From Patescibacteria group bacterium (lineage in GTDB: Bacteria > Patescibacteriota > Minisyncoccia > Phycocordibacterales > JAACPR01), in the NCBI GenBank assembly GCA_022711495.1, contig JAKLEX010000001.1:370171-434170 (forward strand): DNA of 64,000 bases, written 5' to 3'. A program made the translations under genes and the position numbers. Below, one piece after another: positions 1-10,029 of the stretch. Positions within the stretch are counted from its first letter, which is position 1; each line of letters opens with the position of its first letter. Below the pieces are notes generated by a model. It saw nothing but the letters and a program-made list of their open reading frames with translations. It had not been told where the DNA came from and did no database searches.

Positions 1-1182
1 TGGGTTTTGACTGAATTTAAGAAAGATTCCGGCATTGATATCTCCAAAGATCCATTGGCTTTGCAAAGACTGGACGAAGCGGCTGAAAAAGCCAAAATTG
101 AGCTTTCAAGCTCCTTGGAAAGCGAGATCAACCTACCATTTATCACCTCTGACTCAAACGGTCCAAAACATCTGTTAATTAAATTAAAGAGATCAAAACT
201 GGAGGAGCTCGCTGAAGAGTTTATTGAAAGATCCGTAGAAATCACCAGACGGGCAATGGAAGCTTCGCCTTTTAAGATGTCCGAGATTGACGAAATCGTC
301 TTAGTCGGCGGGCAGACCAGAATGCCTAAGATCCAGGAAGAGGTTAAAAAATTATTCGGCGGAAAAGAACCTAACAAATCAATAAATCCCGATGAAGTTG
401 TCGCTGTCGGCGCAGCTTTACAGGGAGGAATTTTACAGGGCGATGTCAAAGACGTTCTTTTACTTGATGTCATACCTTTATCTTTGGGCATTGAAACGAT
501 GGGCGGCGTAGCGACAAAATTAATCGAAAAGAACACCACTATTCCAGCCAGCAAATCTCAGATCTTTTCCACCGCAGCGGATAATCAAACACAAGTCGAA
601 ATCCACATCGTTCAAGGAGAAAGAGCCATGGCCGCGGATAACAAATCTTTAGGTCGGTTTATCTTGGACGGTATTCCGCCAGCACCTCGTGGCATGCCTC
701 AAATTGAAGTCACCTTTGATATTGACGTCAACGGCATTTTAAATGTCACAGCCAAAGATAAGGCCACAAATAAGGCTCAATCTATAAGGATTGAGGCTCG
801 ATCTGGCCTATCTGAATCCGACATCAAAAAGATGCAAAAAGACGCCGAGGCGCACGAAGACGAAGACAAAAAAAAGAAGGGGTTGGTTGAAGCAAAAAAT
901 TTGGCGGAACAGATGGCTTATACAGCAGAAAAAGCTCTAAAGGACAGCGGCGACAAGGTTCCTGCTGAAATAAAAACTTCCATAGAAAATAAAGTCAAGA
1001 AACTCCGAGAGGTTTCCGGTAAAGACAACTTGGAAGATATAAAAACCGCGACGACTGAACTTTCGGCGGAAATGCAGAAAATTGGCGAAGCGATCAACAA
1101 GGCGTCCAAGAACTCTTCAAAAAAATCTGACGACGATCAAAAAGGAGACGATGTCCGAGACGCGGAAGTTGATAACAAATAA
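1..1182 (+). CDS. dnaK: Molecular chaperone DnaK (Hsp70), C-terminal ~390 aa; 5' end lies outside the window
   Basis: Translation contains Hsp70 substrate-binding and lid motifs ([43 protein letters not shown]) and an acidic C-terminal tail. The ORF runs to the window edge. Confidence 0.9.
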   Translation, partial: WVLTEFKKDSGIDISKDPLALQRLDEAAEKAKIELSSSLESEINLPFITSDSNGPKHLLIKLKRSKLEELAEEFIERSVEITRRAMEASPFKMSEIDEIVLVGGQTRMPKIQEEVKKLFGGKEPNKSINPDEVVAVGAALQGGILQGDVKDVLLLDVIPLSLGIETMGGVATKLIEKNTTIPASKSQIFSTAADNQTQVEIHIVQGERAMAADNKSLGRFILDGIPPAPRGMPQIEVTFDIDVNGILNVTAKDKATNKAQSIRIEARSGLSESDIKKMQKDAEAHEDEDKKKKGLVEAKNLAEQMAYTAEKALKDSGDKVPAEIKTSIENKVKKLREVSGKDNLEDIKTATTELSAEMQKIGEAINKASKNSSKKSDDDQKGDDVRDAEVDNK

Positions 1183-1187
1183 ACAAC

Positions 1188-2075
1188 TTGGGAAAAGACT
1201 ATTATAAAACTTTGGGAATAGATAAAACCGCGAGTAAAGATGAAATAAAAAAGGCCTTTAGAAAACTTGCTCACAAATATCATCCGGACAAGAAAGACGG
1301 CGACGAGAAAAAATTTAAAGAAGTCAATGAGGCCTATAATATTTTATCTGACGATCAGAAGAGGGCGCAATACGATCAGTTTGGACAAACCTTTGACACG
1401 AGTGGCGGCGGTTTCAACCAAGCTGGTTTTGGCGGTTTTGATTTCTCGGCTTTCAATCGTGGATTTGGTTCGGCCGGGCAATCTTTTGAATTTGATTTAA
1501 ATGATATCCTGGGAAGCTTTTTCGGCGGACAAGGATTCGGTCGGATCAAAAAAGGGGCCGATGTCACCATAGATATAGAGATTGACTTCAAGGATTCAAT
1601 CTTTGGACTAAGCCGCGAGATCCCTATCGCTTACAGAAACTCAAATAAAAAAGAAACTATTAGAATTGTAATTCCACCAGGTATAGATAACGGCGAGATG
1701 ATTAGAGTTCGGGGGAAGGGGGAATCGGTTGAAAGCGGCCGACCGGGAGATTTATACGTCAAAATCTATGTAAAACCTCACAACACTTTGCGTAAGGAGG
1801 GAAATAATTTATTTACCGAGCTGCAAATAAAATTAACAGAGGCGCTAATCGGAACTAGCCGAGAGATTGAGACTTTGGAAAAAACAAAAAGCCTTTCAGT
1901 CAAAATACCGGCCGGAATCAAACACGGGGAAATTTTAAGATTGAGAGAATTGGGCGTACCAACCGCGAGCGGCAGGCGCGGTGATCTTTTAATAAGAGTT
2001 TCCATAAAAATGCCGGAAAAATTGTCACGAGAAGCTAGGGAAGCTATAGATGTTTTGAGAAAAGAGGGTTATTAA
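1188..2075 (+). CDS. dnaJ: DnaJ-family co-chaperone, type II (J domain plus G/F-rich region plus C-terminal substrate-binding domains, no CxxCxGxG zinc finger)
   Basis: J domain with HPD motif ([10 protein letters not shown]...KYHPDK) and a Gly/Phe-rich linker. No cysteine-repeat zinc-finger segment is visible. Sits immediately downstream of dnaK. Confidence 0.8.
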   Translation: MGKDYYKTLGIDKTASKDEIKKAFRKLAHKYHPDKKDGDEKKFKEVNEAYNILSDDQKRAQYDQFGQTFDTSGGGFNQAGFGGFDFSAFNRGFGSAGQSFEFDLNDILGSFFGGQGFGRIKKGADVTIDIEIDFKDSIFGLSREIPIAYRNSNKKETIRIVIPPGIDNGEMIRVRGKGESVESGRPGDLYVKIYVKPHNTLRKEGNNLFTELQIKLTEALIGTSREIETLEKTKSLSVKIPAGIKHGEILRLRELGVPTASGRRGDLLIRVSIKMPEKLSREAREAIDVLRKEGY

Positions 2076-2111
2076 TTCAGTTTTATTTAAAATTCAGTTA
2101 TAATATCCTGG

Positions 2112-3146
2112 ATGACAGTTCCAATAATGGTGTTTATCGTTTCTGTGACGTTTCTGGCTTCAGCCTTCTTTATTGTCATTGCCAATGTCCGCCTAATTAA
2201 GGGTGGGCTTGATAATCTAGATTTCAGAAATGTCGTAACTCAATTGGTCGCTCTGACCGCCTGGGTAGCTATTTTAAGCAAGGCCCTGTTACCAATCAAT
2301 CCAGAAAAGATTTTCTCCGATCTTTTAATCTTCGTCACTTCCTTAATCATGGGCGGGGTCTTAATTCATAACTTGTCTAAGGAAGTTATGACCAGGAAAG
2401 AGGTCAATACTTTGATAAAAAAATTAGAAGAGAATAACGATAAGTTACGGGAACTGGATGAACAAAAAAGCGAATTTGTGTCTCTGGCTTCGCATCAATT
2501 GCGCGGTCCGCTTTCAATCATTCGTGGTTATGTCTCAATGATCATTGACGGTGATTACGGCAGCTTGTCGCCCGAGTCCATGACGATTTTAAGAAGGATC
2601 TTTCAAACTTGTACTGGCATGAATTTCCTTATAAATGACTATCTTGATGTTTCAAAATTGGATAAGGGCGAAATGGAATACGTCCTGCAAGATGTAAGAG
2701 CATCGGAACTGCTGGACGAGGTCGTAAGAAATTTCGTCGGTATCGCCAAACAGAAGAACGTCTTTTTACTTAAAAAATACGCCGGGGCCGATGACAAAAT
2801 TAGAGTAGACCAAGAAAAAACCAAACAGATAATTTCAAACGTCATAGATAATTCCCTAAAGTACACAGAGGCTGGTTCGATTACGATTGATATAAAAACT
2901 AACTCAAAAAACGTCACGATTTCTATCACCGATACCGGCATTGGTATTCCAGAAAATAAACTGGTTGATATCTTCGGTAAGTTTAATCGCACGAAAGAAG
3001 CGATTAATTTAAGCGTCGTCGGCACCGGCTTGGGCTTATATGTCGCCAAAATCATGACAGAGGCACAAAACGGAAAAATCTGGGCCAAATCTGATGGAGC
3101 TGGTACCGGAGCAACCTTCTACATACAGTTCCCGCTGGCCCGATAA
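2112..3146 (+). CDS. Membrane sensor histidine kinase (N-terminal TM segments, HisKA plus HATPase_c)
   Basis: H-box SLASHQLRGPL and the N, D/G boxes (NSLKYT, DTGIGIP, GTGLGL). Three N-terminal hydrophobic helices. No response regulator gene is adjacent. Confidence 0.8.
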   Translation: MTVPIMVFIVSVTFLASAFFIVIANVRLIKGGLDNLDFRNVVTQLVALTAWVAILSKALLPINPEKIFSDLLIFVTSLIMGGVLIHNLSKEVMTRKEVNTLIKKLEENNDKLRELDEQKSEFVSLASHQLRGPLSIIRGYVSMIIDGDYGSLSPESMTILRRIFQTCTGMNFLINDYLDVSKLDKGEMEYVLQDVRASELLDEVVRNFVGIAKQKNVFLLKKYAGADDKIRVDQEKTKQIISNVIDNSLKYTEAGSITIDIKTNSKNVTISITDTGIGIPENKLVDIFGKFNRTKEAINLSVVGTGLGLYVAKIMTEAQNGKIWAKSDGAGTGATFYIQFPLAR

Positions 3147-3196
3147 TGCCTCGACGAAAGCCGTTTGGAATTAATCTTCAGATTTGATACTCTTAT

Positions 3197-4168
3197 ATGC
3201 GTATGAAGAAAATTTTAATATCCGGAGTCAAACCCACTGGCCGACCACATATCGGCAATTATTTTGGCGCCATGAAGCAATTTGTTGATATGCAAGACGA
3301 TTACGAAAGTAGTATTTTCGTGGCCGATTTGCACGCACTTACCGGAATAGATAGCGCCCAAGAACTTAAAAGCAATATCTTGGAAGAAGCTATTGATTAC
3401 CTGGCTATCGGATTAGACCCTAAAAAAGTCACTTTATTTAAACAATCCGACGTCCCACAAGTCGCGGAACTGGCTTGGATATTTGATTGTATGACGACAA
3501 TGCCATATTTGATGAGGGCTCACGCCTTCAAAGACGCCGAGGCAAAAAATAAAGACATCAATGTCGGGGTGTTTAACTACCCAATCCTCATGGCCGCCGA
3601 CATTCTCCTTAGCGATGCCGATGTCGTTCCAGTCGGTAGTGATCAAAAGCAGCACATAGAAATTACTAGAGACATCGCCGAAAAATTTAATAGATTGTTT
3701 GGAAAAACTTTTAAACTTCCCAAAGAAATAATTTTGGAGGAGTTCGCCACAGTTATTGGCACTGACGGACAGAAAATGAGTAAGAGTTATGGCAATACCA
3801 TACCTCTTTTCGCCACAACCGAAGAAATCCAAAAAGCCGTAATGAAAATTCCAACCGATTCTAAGGGGGCTAGCGATCCTAAAGACACAGACAGCATCTT
3901 GTTCAAGATTCATAAACTCTTTTTAGATCAGAAAGAACAAGTGGAACTGAAAAAGGAATATGAGCGAGGTATCAGCTATAAAGAAGCCAAAGAGAAGTTA
4001 ATAGAGTCCGCAGAAAAATTTATCGCCCCGCTTCGGGAAAGAAGGGCTTATTGGGCAAACAAGAAAGAAGAAGTTCTAAAGATATTAAAAGACGGTGGCG
4101 AAAAAGCGAATGAGCGAGCCGAAAAGATCATGACCATGGTTAGAAAAAATGTTGGCCTGACTCTTTAA
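3197..4168 (+). CDS. trpS: Tryptophanyl-tRNA synthetase
   Basis: Class I motifs: HIGN in place of HIGH (SGVKPTGRPHIGNYFG) and KMSKS (GQKMSKSYGN). Length 323 aa is typical for TrpRS. Confidence 0.9.
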   Translation: MRMKKILISGVKPTGRPHIGNYFGAMKQFVDMQDDYESSIFVADLHALTGIDSAQELKSNILEEAIDYLAIGLDPKKVTLFKQSDVPQVAELAWIFDCMTTMPYLMRAHAFKDAEAKNKDINVGVFNYPILMAADILLSDADVVPVGSDQKQHIEITRDIAEKFNRLFGKTFKLPKEIILEEFATVIGTDGQKMSKSYGNTIPLFATTEEIQKAVMKIPTDSKGASDPKDTDSILFKIHKLFLDQKEQVELKKEYERGISYKEAKEKLIESAEKFIAPLRERRAYWANKKEEVLKILKDGGEKANERAEKIMTMVRKNVGLTL

Positions 4169-4216
4169 TTTAAACCGCATTTCAGGTAAAATTGACCGAA
4201 ATTAACATAAAACAAA

Positions 4217-5509
4217 ATGAAACGAACGTACATAGAAGAAGTGAAAAATCACATAGGAAAAGAGGTCTTGATTAAAGCTTCAGTTGACACCATTCGCGAC
4301 CAAAGCAAAATCGTTTTCCTTATTCTAAGAGATGTTTCCGGGCTAATTCAGTGCGTTGTCTTAAAAGATTGCAAAGATTTTGAATCGGCCAAAAATTTGA
4401 CTGTTGAGAGCGTCGTCGCTCTTAAGGGTCGCGTTAAAGAAGAAAAACAGGCGCCTAATGGTTTTGAAATTGAAACGCTGGAAATAGAGATCTTATCTAA
4501 AGCCGACCCGGAATTGCCAATCCCGGTTAATGTTAAAAAGGGTGGGGAAGAAACAAACCAAAATTCCCGTTTTGATTATCGTTTTATTGATTTGCGCAAA
4601 CCGGAAAAAACAAAAATCTTTAAGGTCTGGACTGAACTTGAACGTGGCCTCAGAAACTATTGGGAACAAGGCAATTACACTCAAATTTATCCTCCGGCTT
4701 TAATGAATACGGCCAGCGAAACCGGGGCCTCCGTTTTTGAAGTGCAATATTTCAAAAAGAAGGCTTTTTTGGCTCAATCTCCTCAATTTTACAAACAAAT
4801 GGCAATTTCTGCCGGATTGGATAGGGTCTTTATGGTTGGTCCTGTCTTTCGCGCTGAACCGTCTTTTACCACTCGCCACCTAACAGAATTCACTGGCTGG
4901 GACTTTGAAATCGGATTCATTGATTCTCATTATGATGTCATGGATGAAGAAGAAAAAATGATTGTTGCTGGTTTCACCCAACTGAAAGAAAAGTTTCCGG
5001 AGTTGGACATTGAAATTCCCAAAACTCCTTTTCCGAGAATCCCGTTGCTTGAAGCTAAAAAGAAGCTGAAAGCCGCCGGCGTCGTCAGCGAAAGACCGGA
5101 TGATTTGTCGCCAGAAGAAGAAAGAAAAATTTCCGAACTCGTCAAAAAAGAAACGGGTAACGATTTTGTTTTCTTGACGGACTATCCTATTTCCATCAGA
5201 CCTTTTTATCACATGCGACATGAAGATAATCCGCGGCTAACCAAATCCGCTGATCTTATTTATCGCGGAGTAGAAATTACCACTTTAGCCCAGCGAGAGC
5301 ATCGCTACGAAAAATTGCTAGAACAGGCAAAAGAAAAAAAGATGGATTTGGCGGCTCTAGAAAGTTATCTGAGCTTTTTCAAATATGGTTGCGCTCCGCA
5401 CGGTGGCGGTGGAATCGGACCTAGTCGTTTCATCTCCAAAATACTTGGCTATGAGAACGTCAGAGAAGTAACCTTCTTGCCGAGAGATGTTAACCGATTG
5501 ACTCCTTAA
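4217..5509 (+). CDS. aspS: Aspartyl-tRNA synthetase, archaeal/eukaryotic type (type 2, possibly non-discriminating)
   Basis: Class II aaRS motifs (FRAEPSFTTRHLTEFTGWDFE; GCAPHGGGGIGPSRF). The C-terminal ...FLPRDVNRLTP ending is characteristic of type-2 AspRS. N-terminal OB anticodon-binding domain. Length 430 aa. Confidence 0.7.
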   Translation: MKRTYIEEVKNHIGKEVLIKASVDTIRDQSKIVFLILRDVSGLIQCVVLKDCKDFESAKNLTVESVVALKGRVKEEKQAPNGFEIETLEIEILSKADPELPIPVNVKKGGEETNQNSRFDYRFIDLRKPEKTKIFKVWTELERGLRNYWEQGNYTQIYPPALMNTASETGASVFEVQYFKKKAFLAQSPQFYKQMAISAGLDRVFMVGPVFRAEPSFTTRHLTEFTGWDFEIGFIDSHYDVMDEEEKMIVAGFTQLKEKFPELDIEIPKTPFPRIPLLEAKKKLKAAGVVSERPDDLSPEEERKISELVKKETGNDFVFLTDYPISIRPFYHMRHEDNPRLTKSADLIYRGVEITTLAQREHRYEKLLEQAKEKKMDLAALESYLSFFKYGCAPHGGGGIGPSRFISKILGYENVREVTFLPRDVNRLTP

Positions 5510-6243
5510 TGGAAGCGTTGGATTTTAAAATAAAAACGGAGACATTTGAAGGGCCGCTAGATTTGCTTTTGAATTTGATAGAAAAAAGAAAGCTGCTAAT
5601 CAATGATATTTCCTTAGCCAAAGTTACAAATGATTATATTGGCTACCTAAAAATCCACGGAGAAATGCCGATGGGGCAAAATTCTAATTTTATTTTGATT
5701 GCCGCAACCCTGTTGTTGATCAAGTCAAAGTCTCTTTTACCAACCCTTGAATTGTCCGATGAAGAAGAACAAAGCATCGGCGATCTGGAAAAAAGGTTAA
5801 AAATTTATAAAAGACTAAAAGAGGTTGAGCCACAAATTGCCGAGATGTTCTTTAAAAATCCAAGTTTCCCACGCCGACAGGTTTTATCTCATCAGATTGT
5901 CTTCGCGCCGACGAAACAAATTAATCTCAAGAGTCTTCAAGAAACAATTTCTGGAGTGCTTGACTCACTGCCAAAATTTGAAAAAGTCGCTAAAGCCATT
6001 GTCAACAAGGTTTTGAGTCTGGAAGAAATGATCGGGCGTTTAACAGAAAGAGTTAAAAAATCGTTGAAGTTAAGCTTCAAGGAATTCTCTGGTTATCATA
6101 AAAAAAATAAAATAAATATAATTGTCAGTTTCTTGGCCATGCTGGAACTCGTAAAAGAGGGTATAATTGAAACCACTCAAAAAGAGGGCGGGGAAGATAT
6201 TGAGATTCAAACACGCGAGTTTGACACGCCAAGCTATACTTAA
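5509..6243 (+). CDS. scpA: Segregation and condensation protein A
   Basis: N-terminus FEGPLDLLLNLIEKRKLLINDISLAKVT is typical of ScpA. Immediately followed by scpB. Confidence 0.85.
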   Translation: MEALDFKIKTETFEGPLDLLLNLIEKRKLLINDISLAKVTNDYIGYLKIHGEMPMGQNSNFILIAATLLLIKSKSLLPTLELSDEEEQSIGDLEKRLKIYKRLKEVEPQIAEMFFKNPSFPRRQVLSHQIVFAPTKQINLKSLQETISGVLDSLPKFEKVAKAIVNKVLSLEEMIGRLTERVKKSLKLSFKEFSGYHKKNKINIIVSFLAMLELVKEGIIETTQKEGGEDIEIQTREFDTPSYT

Positions 6244-6837
6244 ATGGACGACGGAACAATAGAAAAACAAATAGAGAGCATTTTATTTTGGAAAGCCGAA
6301 CCGGTGTCTTTTTCTGAGCTAGCCAAAATCTTGGGGATTTCCGCGGAAAGAATAAAAAGCGCCGCGCTGAATCTGGTTGAGACGACGCGAAGTAGGGGCA
6401 TGGTTGTCATTATGGGCAATGACGAACTTTCTCTGGCGACTTCTCCAGAAACTTCGGCGTTAATAGAAAAACTGCAAAAAGAAGAGCTGACCAAGGACTT
6501 GAGTCGCGCGGCGCTGGAAACCCTTAGCGTGATTCTATACAGAGGGCCAATGCGAAGATCAGAGATTGATTATGTCCGAGGAGTAAACTCCCAGTTTATT
6601 CTACGGATTTTATTGATCCGAGGCCTAATCGGGAAAAAAGTTGATGAAAAAGACGAACGGGCGTATATCTATTTCGCATCATCAGAAACTTTAGCGCACC
6701 TGGGAATCCAAAAAATTGAAGACTTGCCTCAGTTTGAAAAAGTAAACCAAGACGTCAATGCCTTTTTGGAAAGACAGCAGGCTCTTGATAGTCAGGAAAA
6801 CAAACAAGATAATGTTTCAGAGAATCCGGCAGAATAA
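6244..6837 (+). CDS. scpB: Segregation and condensation protein B
   Basis: Winged-helix ScpB signature (SILFWKAEPVSFSELAKILG...). ATG abuts the scpA stop. Confidence 0.85.
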   Translation: MDDGTIEKQIESILFWKAEPVSFSELAKILGISAERIKSAALNLVETTRSRGMVVIMGNDELSLATSPETSALIEKLQKEELTKDLSRAALETLSVILYRGPMRRSEIDYVRGVNSQFILRILLIRGLIGKKVDEKDERAYIYFASSETLAHLGIQKIEDLPQFEKVNQDVNAFLERQQALDSQENKQDNVSENPAE

Positions 6838-7762
6838 AGAAATATTATACTCCCTGGTATTGATCGTTGTGCCGGTCGCTATTCTTTTTTTGATAACGAT
6901 TTTTGTAAAGATCAGGCCAATCAGCATTGAGCCGGCTGAAATTATTCCAGAAACAGTTAAGCCAGCGGATATTTTCGGTAACGTGGAAATAGAGGCCCGC
7001 GCCGCCATCGTCAAAGACATCAACGCCGGAGAAATTTTATTTGGCAAAAACGAAAATCTCCCGCTGGCCTTGGCGTCGTTGACTAAAGTCCTGACCGCCC
7101 TAACCTTTGAAGTCAACGCGGCTGAAGAAATCATAAATATCACGTATGACGATTTAAAAGAGGAGGGAAACAGCTTACTTTATCCCGGTGAGCGGTTTTA
7201 TAAAAAAGACCTGATAGATTTCACCTTAATTACGTCTTCAAACGACGCTTCGGCCGCATTAGCAGCGAATACGCTATCAGGATCAACTAAAGAATTATCC
7301 AGCCCCAGAGAGGCTTTTGTCGATGAAATGAATCGTCTAGCAAAACTAATAGGTATGAAAAGCTCTAATTTCTCCAACGAGACTGGTCTGGATAAAAGTC
7401 CAACTTCCGCCGGCGCTTACGGCTCCGCTTCGGATATTGCCACACTGTTTGAATATATTTTAAAAAATTATCCGGAAATTTTAGAAGCAACCGGTAAGTC
7501 TATAACTACAATTCGGTCAGTCAATGGTATCGTTCATCAGGCCACCAATACGAACGAAATCATAGACAAACTTCCAAACGCCATCGCTTCCAAGACGGGA
7601 TTCACGGATATTGCCGGGGGAAATTTGGCCGTGGTAATAGACCCGGGGCTAAATCGACCAATAATTATTGTCGTCCTAGGTTCAACCGAAGAGGGGCGGT
7701 TTGCTGATGTTGAAAAATTAGCGCAAAAAACCGAAGAATATTTAAAATTATTAAGCGACTAG
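6812..7762 (+). CDS. D-alanyl-D-alanine carboxypeptidase (serine-type, PBP5/6-like, S11)
   Basis: Signal/TM N-terminus. SxxK motif ASLTKVLTA, SxN motif TSSND and a KTG motif (SKTGFT). The ORF track starts at 6758; the more plausible start is the internal Met at 6812. Confidence 0.75.
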   Translation: MFQRIRQNKEILYSLVLIVVPVAILFLITIFVKIRPISIEPAEIIPETVKPADIFGNVEIEARAAIVKDINAGEILFGKNENLPLALASLTKVLTALTFEVNAAEEIINITYDDLKEEGNSLLYPGERFYKKDLIDFTLITSSNDASAALAANTLSGSTKELSSPREAFVDEMNRLAKLIGMKSSNFSNETGLDKSPTSAGAYGSASDIATLFEYILKNYPEILEATGKSITTIRSVNGIVHQATNTNEIIDKLPNAIASKTGFTDIAGGNLAVVIDPGLNRPIIIVVLGSTEEGRFADVEKLAQKTEEYLKLLSD

Positions 7763-7815
7763 GCAAAAATTTCATATAGTAAATTGATTAAAATAAGTGT
7801 ATACTTTTCAACGCC

Positions 7816-8886
7816 ATGATTGTTGACACCATTAAGGTTATCTTGCCCGCGGCCCTGACTTTCTTTGTCGGGATCGCCATAACTCCGACAATTACCGATT
7901 TTTTGTATAGAAATAAGATGTGGAAGAAATCGGCCGGGAAAGTTGACACGGCTGGAGTAACCGCGCCAGTTTTCAATAAATTCCATAAAGATACTGAAGG
8001 AAAAACCCCAAGAATGGGAGGTATTGTCATCTGGCTAAGTGTCTTTATCGTTCTATCGGCGGTCTGGTTATCCTCCAGATTTCTGCCGTTTCAGATTTTT
8101 GATAAGCTAGATTTTCTAAGTAGAAATCAAACCTGGATTCCGGTGGCGGCAATGCTTCTGGGCGCGATTGTTGGATTAATTGATGATTTATTTGAAATAA
8201 AAGGGTGCGGAGGAAAAATCGGCGGAATCTCTTCAACAAAAAGACTTTTAATAGTTAGTCTAATCGCTCTCGGAGTCGCTTCTTGGTTTTATTTTAAACT
8301 TGACGTAGGAGCTATCGGATTGCCGATTATCGGAGAAATATCATTGGGTTGGCTTATAATTCCCGTTTTCATTCTCATAACCATAATGATTTACTCTGGC
8401 GGCGTCATTGACGGACTTGACGGACTGTCGGGAGGAATTTTTGCCATTATGTTTTCGGCTTACGGGATAATCGCTTTTACTTCAGGGCAAGTAAATCTGG
8501 CGGCGTTTTGCGCTTCTTTGGTCGGAGGAATCTTAGCTTTTACTTGGTTTAACATACCACCAGCGAGATTTTACATGACTGAGACCGGTTCAATGTCATT
8601 AACAATCGTATTGGCCATAGTGGCTTTTATGACAGACAATATCATTGGCGGCATCGGACTATTTGTGTTATTTATAATAGCTCTTCCATTAATAGCCACG
8701 GCCGGATCTTCTTTTATTCAAATAATGTCAAAAAGATACCGCGGCGGTAAAAAGGTCTTTTTGGCGGCCCCTCTTCACTATCATTTTGAAGCTTTGGGTT
8801 GGCCGGCCTACAAAGTGGTTATGCGTTATTGGATTTTGTCTATCATTTTCGCCAGCATCGGCATAATTATTGCTGTTTTATATTAG
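7816..8886 (+). CDS. mraY: Phospho-N-acetylmuramoyl-pentapeptide transferase
   Basis: Polytopic membrane protein with MraY-typical N-terminus and the conserved DD/HHH-region context (GLIDDL..., APLHYHFE). Confidence 0.9.
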   Translation: MIVDTIKVILPAALTFFVGIAITPTITDFLYRNKMWKKSAGKVDTAGVTAPVFNKFHKDTEGKTPRMGGIVIWLSVFIVLSAVWLSSRFLPFQIFDKLDFLSRNQTWIPVAAMLLGAIVGLIDDLFEIKGCGGKIGGISSTKRLLIVSLIALGVASWFYFKLDVGAIGLPIIGEISLGWLIIPVFILITIMIYSGGVIDGLDGLSGGIFAIMFSAYGIIAFTSGQVNLAAFCASLVGGILAFTWFNIPPARFYMTETGSMSLTIVLAIVAFMTDNIIGGIGLFVLFIIALPLIATAGSSFIQIMSKRYRGGKKVFLAAPLHYHFEALGWPAYKVVMRYWILSIIFASIGIIIAVLY

Positions 8887-8910
8887 AAAAAAGGTTGTTT
8901 TTCTGAGATA

Positions 8911-10026
8911 ATGTCTCCAGTTATGTGGAAGGAAAGCCCCGTAGACAAAGTCTTGCTCATAATCATTATCTCTCTGGTCACGGCCGGAATAGTAATTTAT
9001 TTATCTGCCACTCTTGGATTGCTGGCCGGCGACAGTCAAGAATATCTCTCAAAGATATTAAATCAATTCACTTTCGGTCTGATCAGCGGCGGAATTATTT
9101 GTTATCTGACTTCAAAAGTTCCATATAAGTTTTGGAGAAATTATTCTTTTTGGATCTTCCTGTTGTCACTCCTATTGACCGCCGCGGTTTTCCTACCAAA
9201 AATCGGATTAGAGGTAGCCGGCGCAAAAAGGTGGTTAATTGCCGGACCGCTGACGTTCCAGCCCGGTGAACTTTTAAAAATAGCTTATGTTATTTATGTC
9301 GCTGCCTGGCTGTCAGCCGCCAAAGAAAAAATAAAGTCCTTTCGTCACGGGACTTTACCTTTTTTAATAATTTCCGCGCTGGCCTTTGGAATTTTGCTTT
9401 TGCAGCCAGATAACGACACCATGTTGGTAATGCTCGCGGCTGGCGGAGCGATGTATTTGGTCGCCGGCGCAAATTTGAAACACGTCATCCTTGTTCTTAT
9501 TTGCGGCGCGCTTATGACAACGGCGATAGTTTTCAATAACGATTATGTCCGAGCGCGATTGGCAACCTTTATAAATCCGGCAGGAAATCCTCTAACCTCG
9601 GGATACCAACTTCAGCAATCGCTTATAGCCATCGGTTCGGGCGGATTGGCCGGACGCGGATTCGGCAAAAGCATACAGAAGTTTGATTTTCTACCGGAGC
9701 CAACCGGTGATTCTATTTTTGCCGTCATCGGAGAAGAGTTCGGTTTCGTCGGATGCGTAACGTTAGTTTTGTTATTTATCGCTCTATTAACCATAAGCGT
9801 AAAAATAAGTCTTTCATCCAAAGAAACCTTCGGTGGACTCCTTATCCTGGGACTTGGTATACTGATAGTGAGCCAGTCTTTTATAAATATGGCTTCAATG
9901 TTGGGTATTTTCCCGCTAGCCGGCTTACCGCTTTTATTTATCAGCCACGGCGGAACAGCTTTGCTTTTCACTCTGTTTGCCAGCGGCATAATGCTTAACA
10001 TTTCGCGGTTTAAACAAACAAATTAG
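8911..10026 (+). CDS. ftsW: FtsW/RodA/SpoVE family peptidoglycan glycosyltransferase (SEDS)
   Basis: About 10 TM helices with SEDS motifs (WLIAGPLTFQPGELLKIA; GIFPLAGLPLLFISHGGTALL). Lies between mraY and murG as in the dcw cluster. Confidence 0.85.
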   Translation: MSPVMWKESPVDKVLLIIIISLVTAGIVIYLSATLGLLAGDSQEYLSKILNQFTFGLISGGIICYLTSKVPYKFWRNYSFWIFLLSLLLTAAVFLPKIGLEVAGAKRWLIAGPLTFQPGELLKIAYVIYVAAWLSAAKEKIKSFRHGTLPFLIISALAFGILLLQPDNDTMLVMLAAGGAMYLVAGANLKHVILVLICGALMTTAIVFNNDYVRARLATFINPAGNPLTSGYQLQQSLIAIGSGGLAGRGFGKSIQKFDFLPEPTGDSIFAVIGEEFGFVGCVTLVLLFIALLTISVKISLSSKETFGGLLILGLGILIVSQSFINMASMLGIFPLAGLPLLFISHGGTALLFTLFASGIMLNISRFKQTN

Positions 10027-10029
10027 CTT

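Noticed and set aside
918-5221. Numerous short opposite-strand or alternative-frame ORFs inside dnaK, dnaJ, the histidine kinase, trpS and aspS (e.g. 918..1109, 1376..1591, 2639..3088, 3434..3913, 4880..5221)
   Set aside because: They lie fully inside confidently assigned genes and have low-complexity translations with no motifs. They are typical shadow ORFs.
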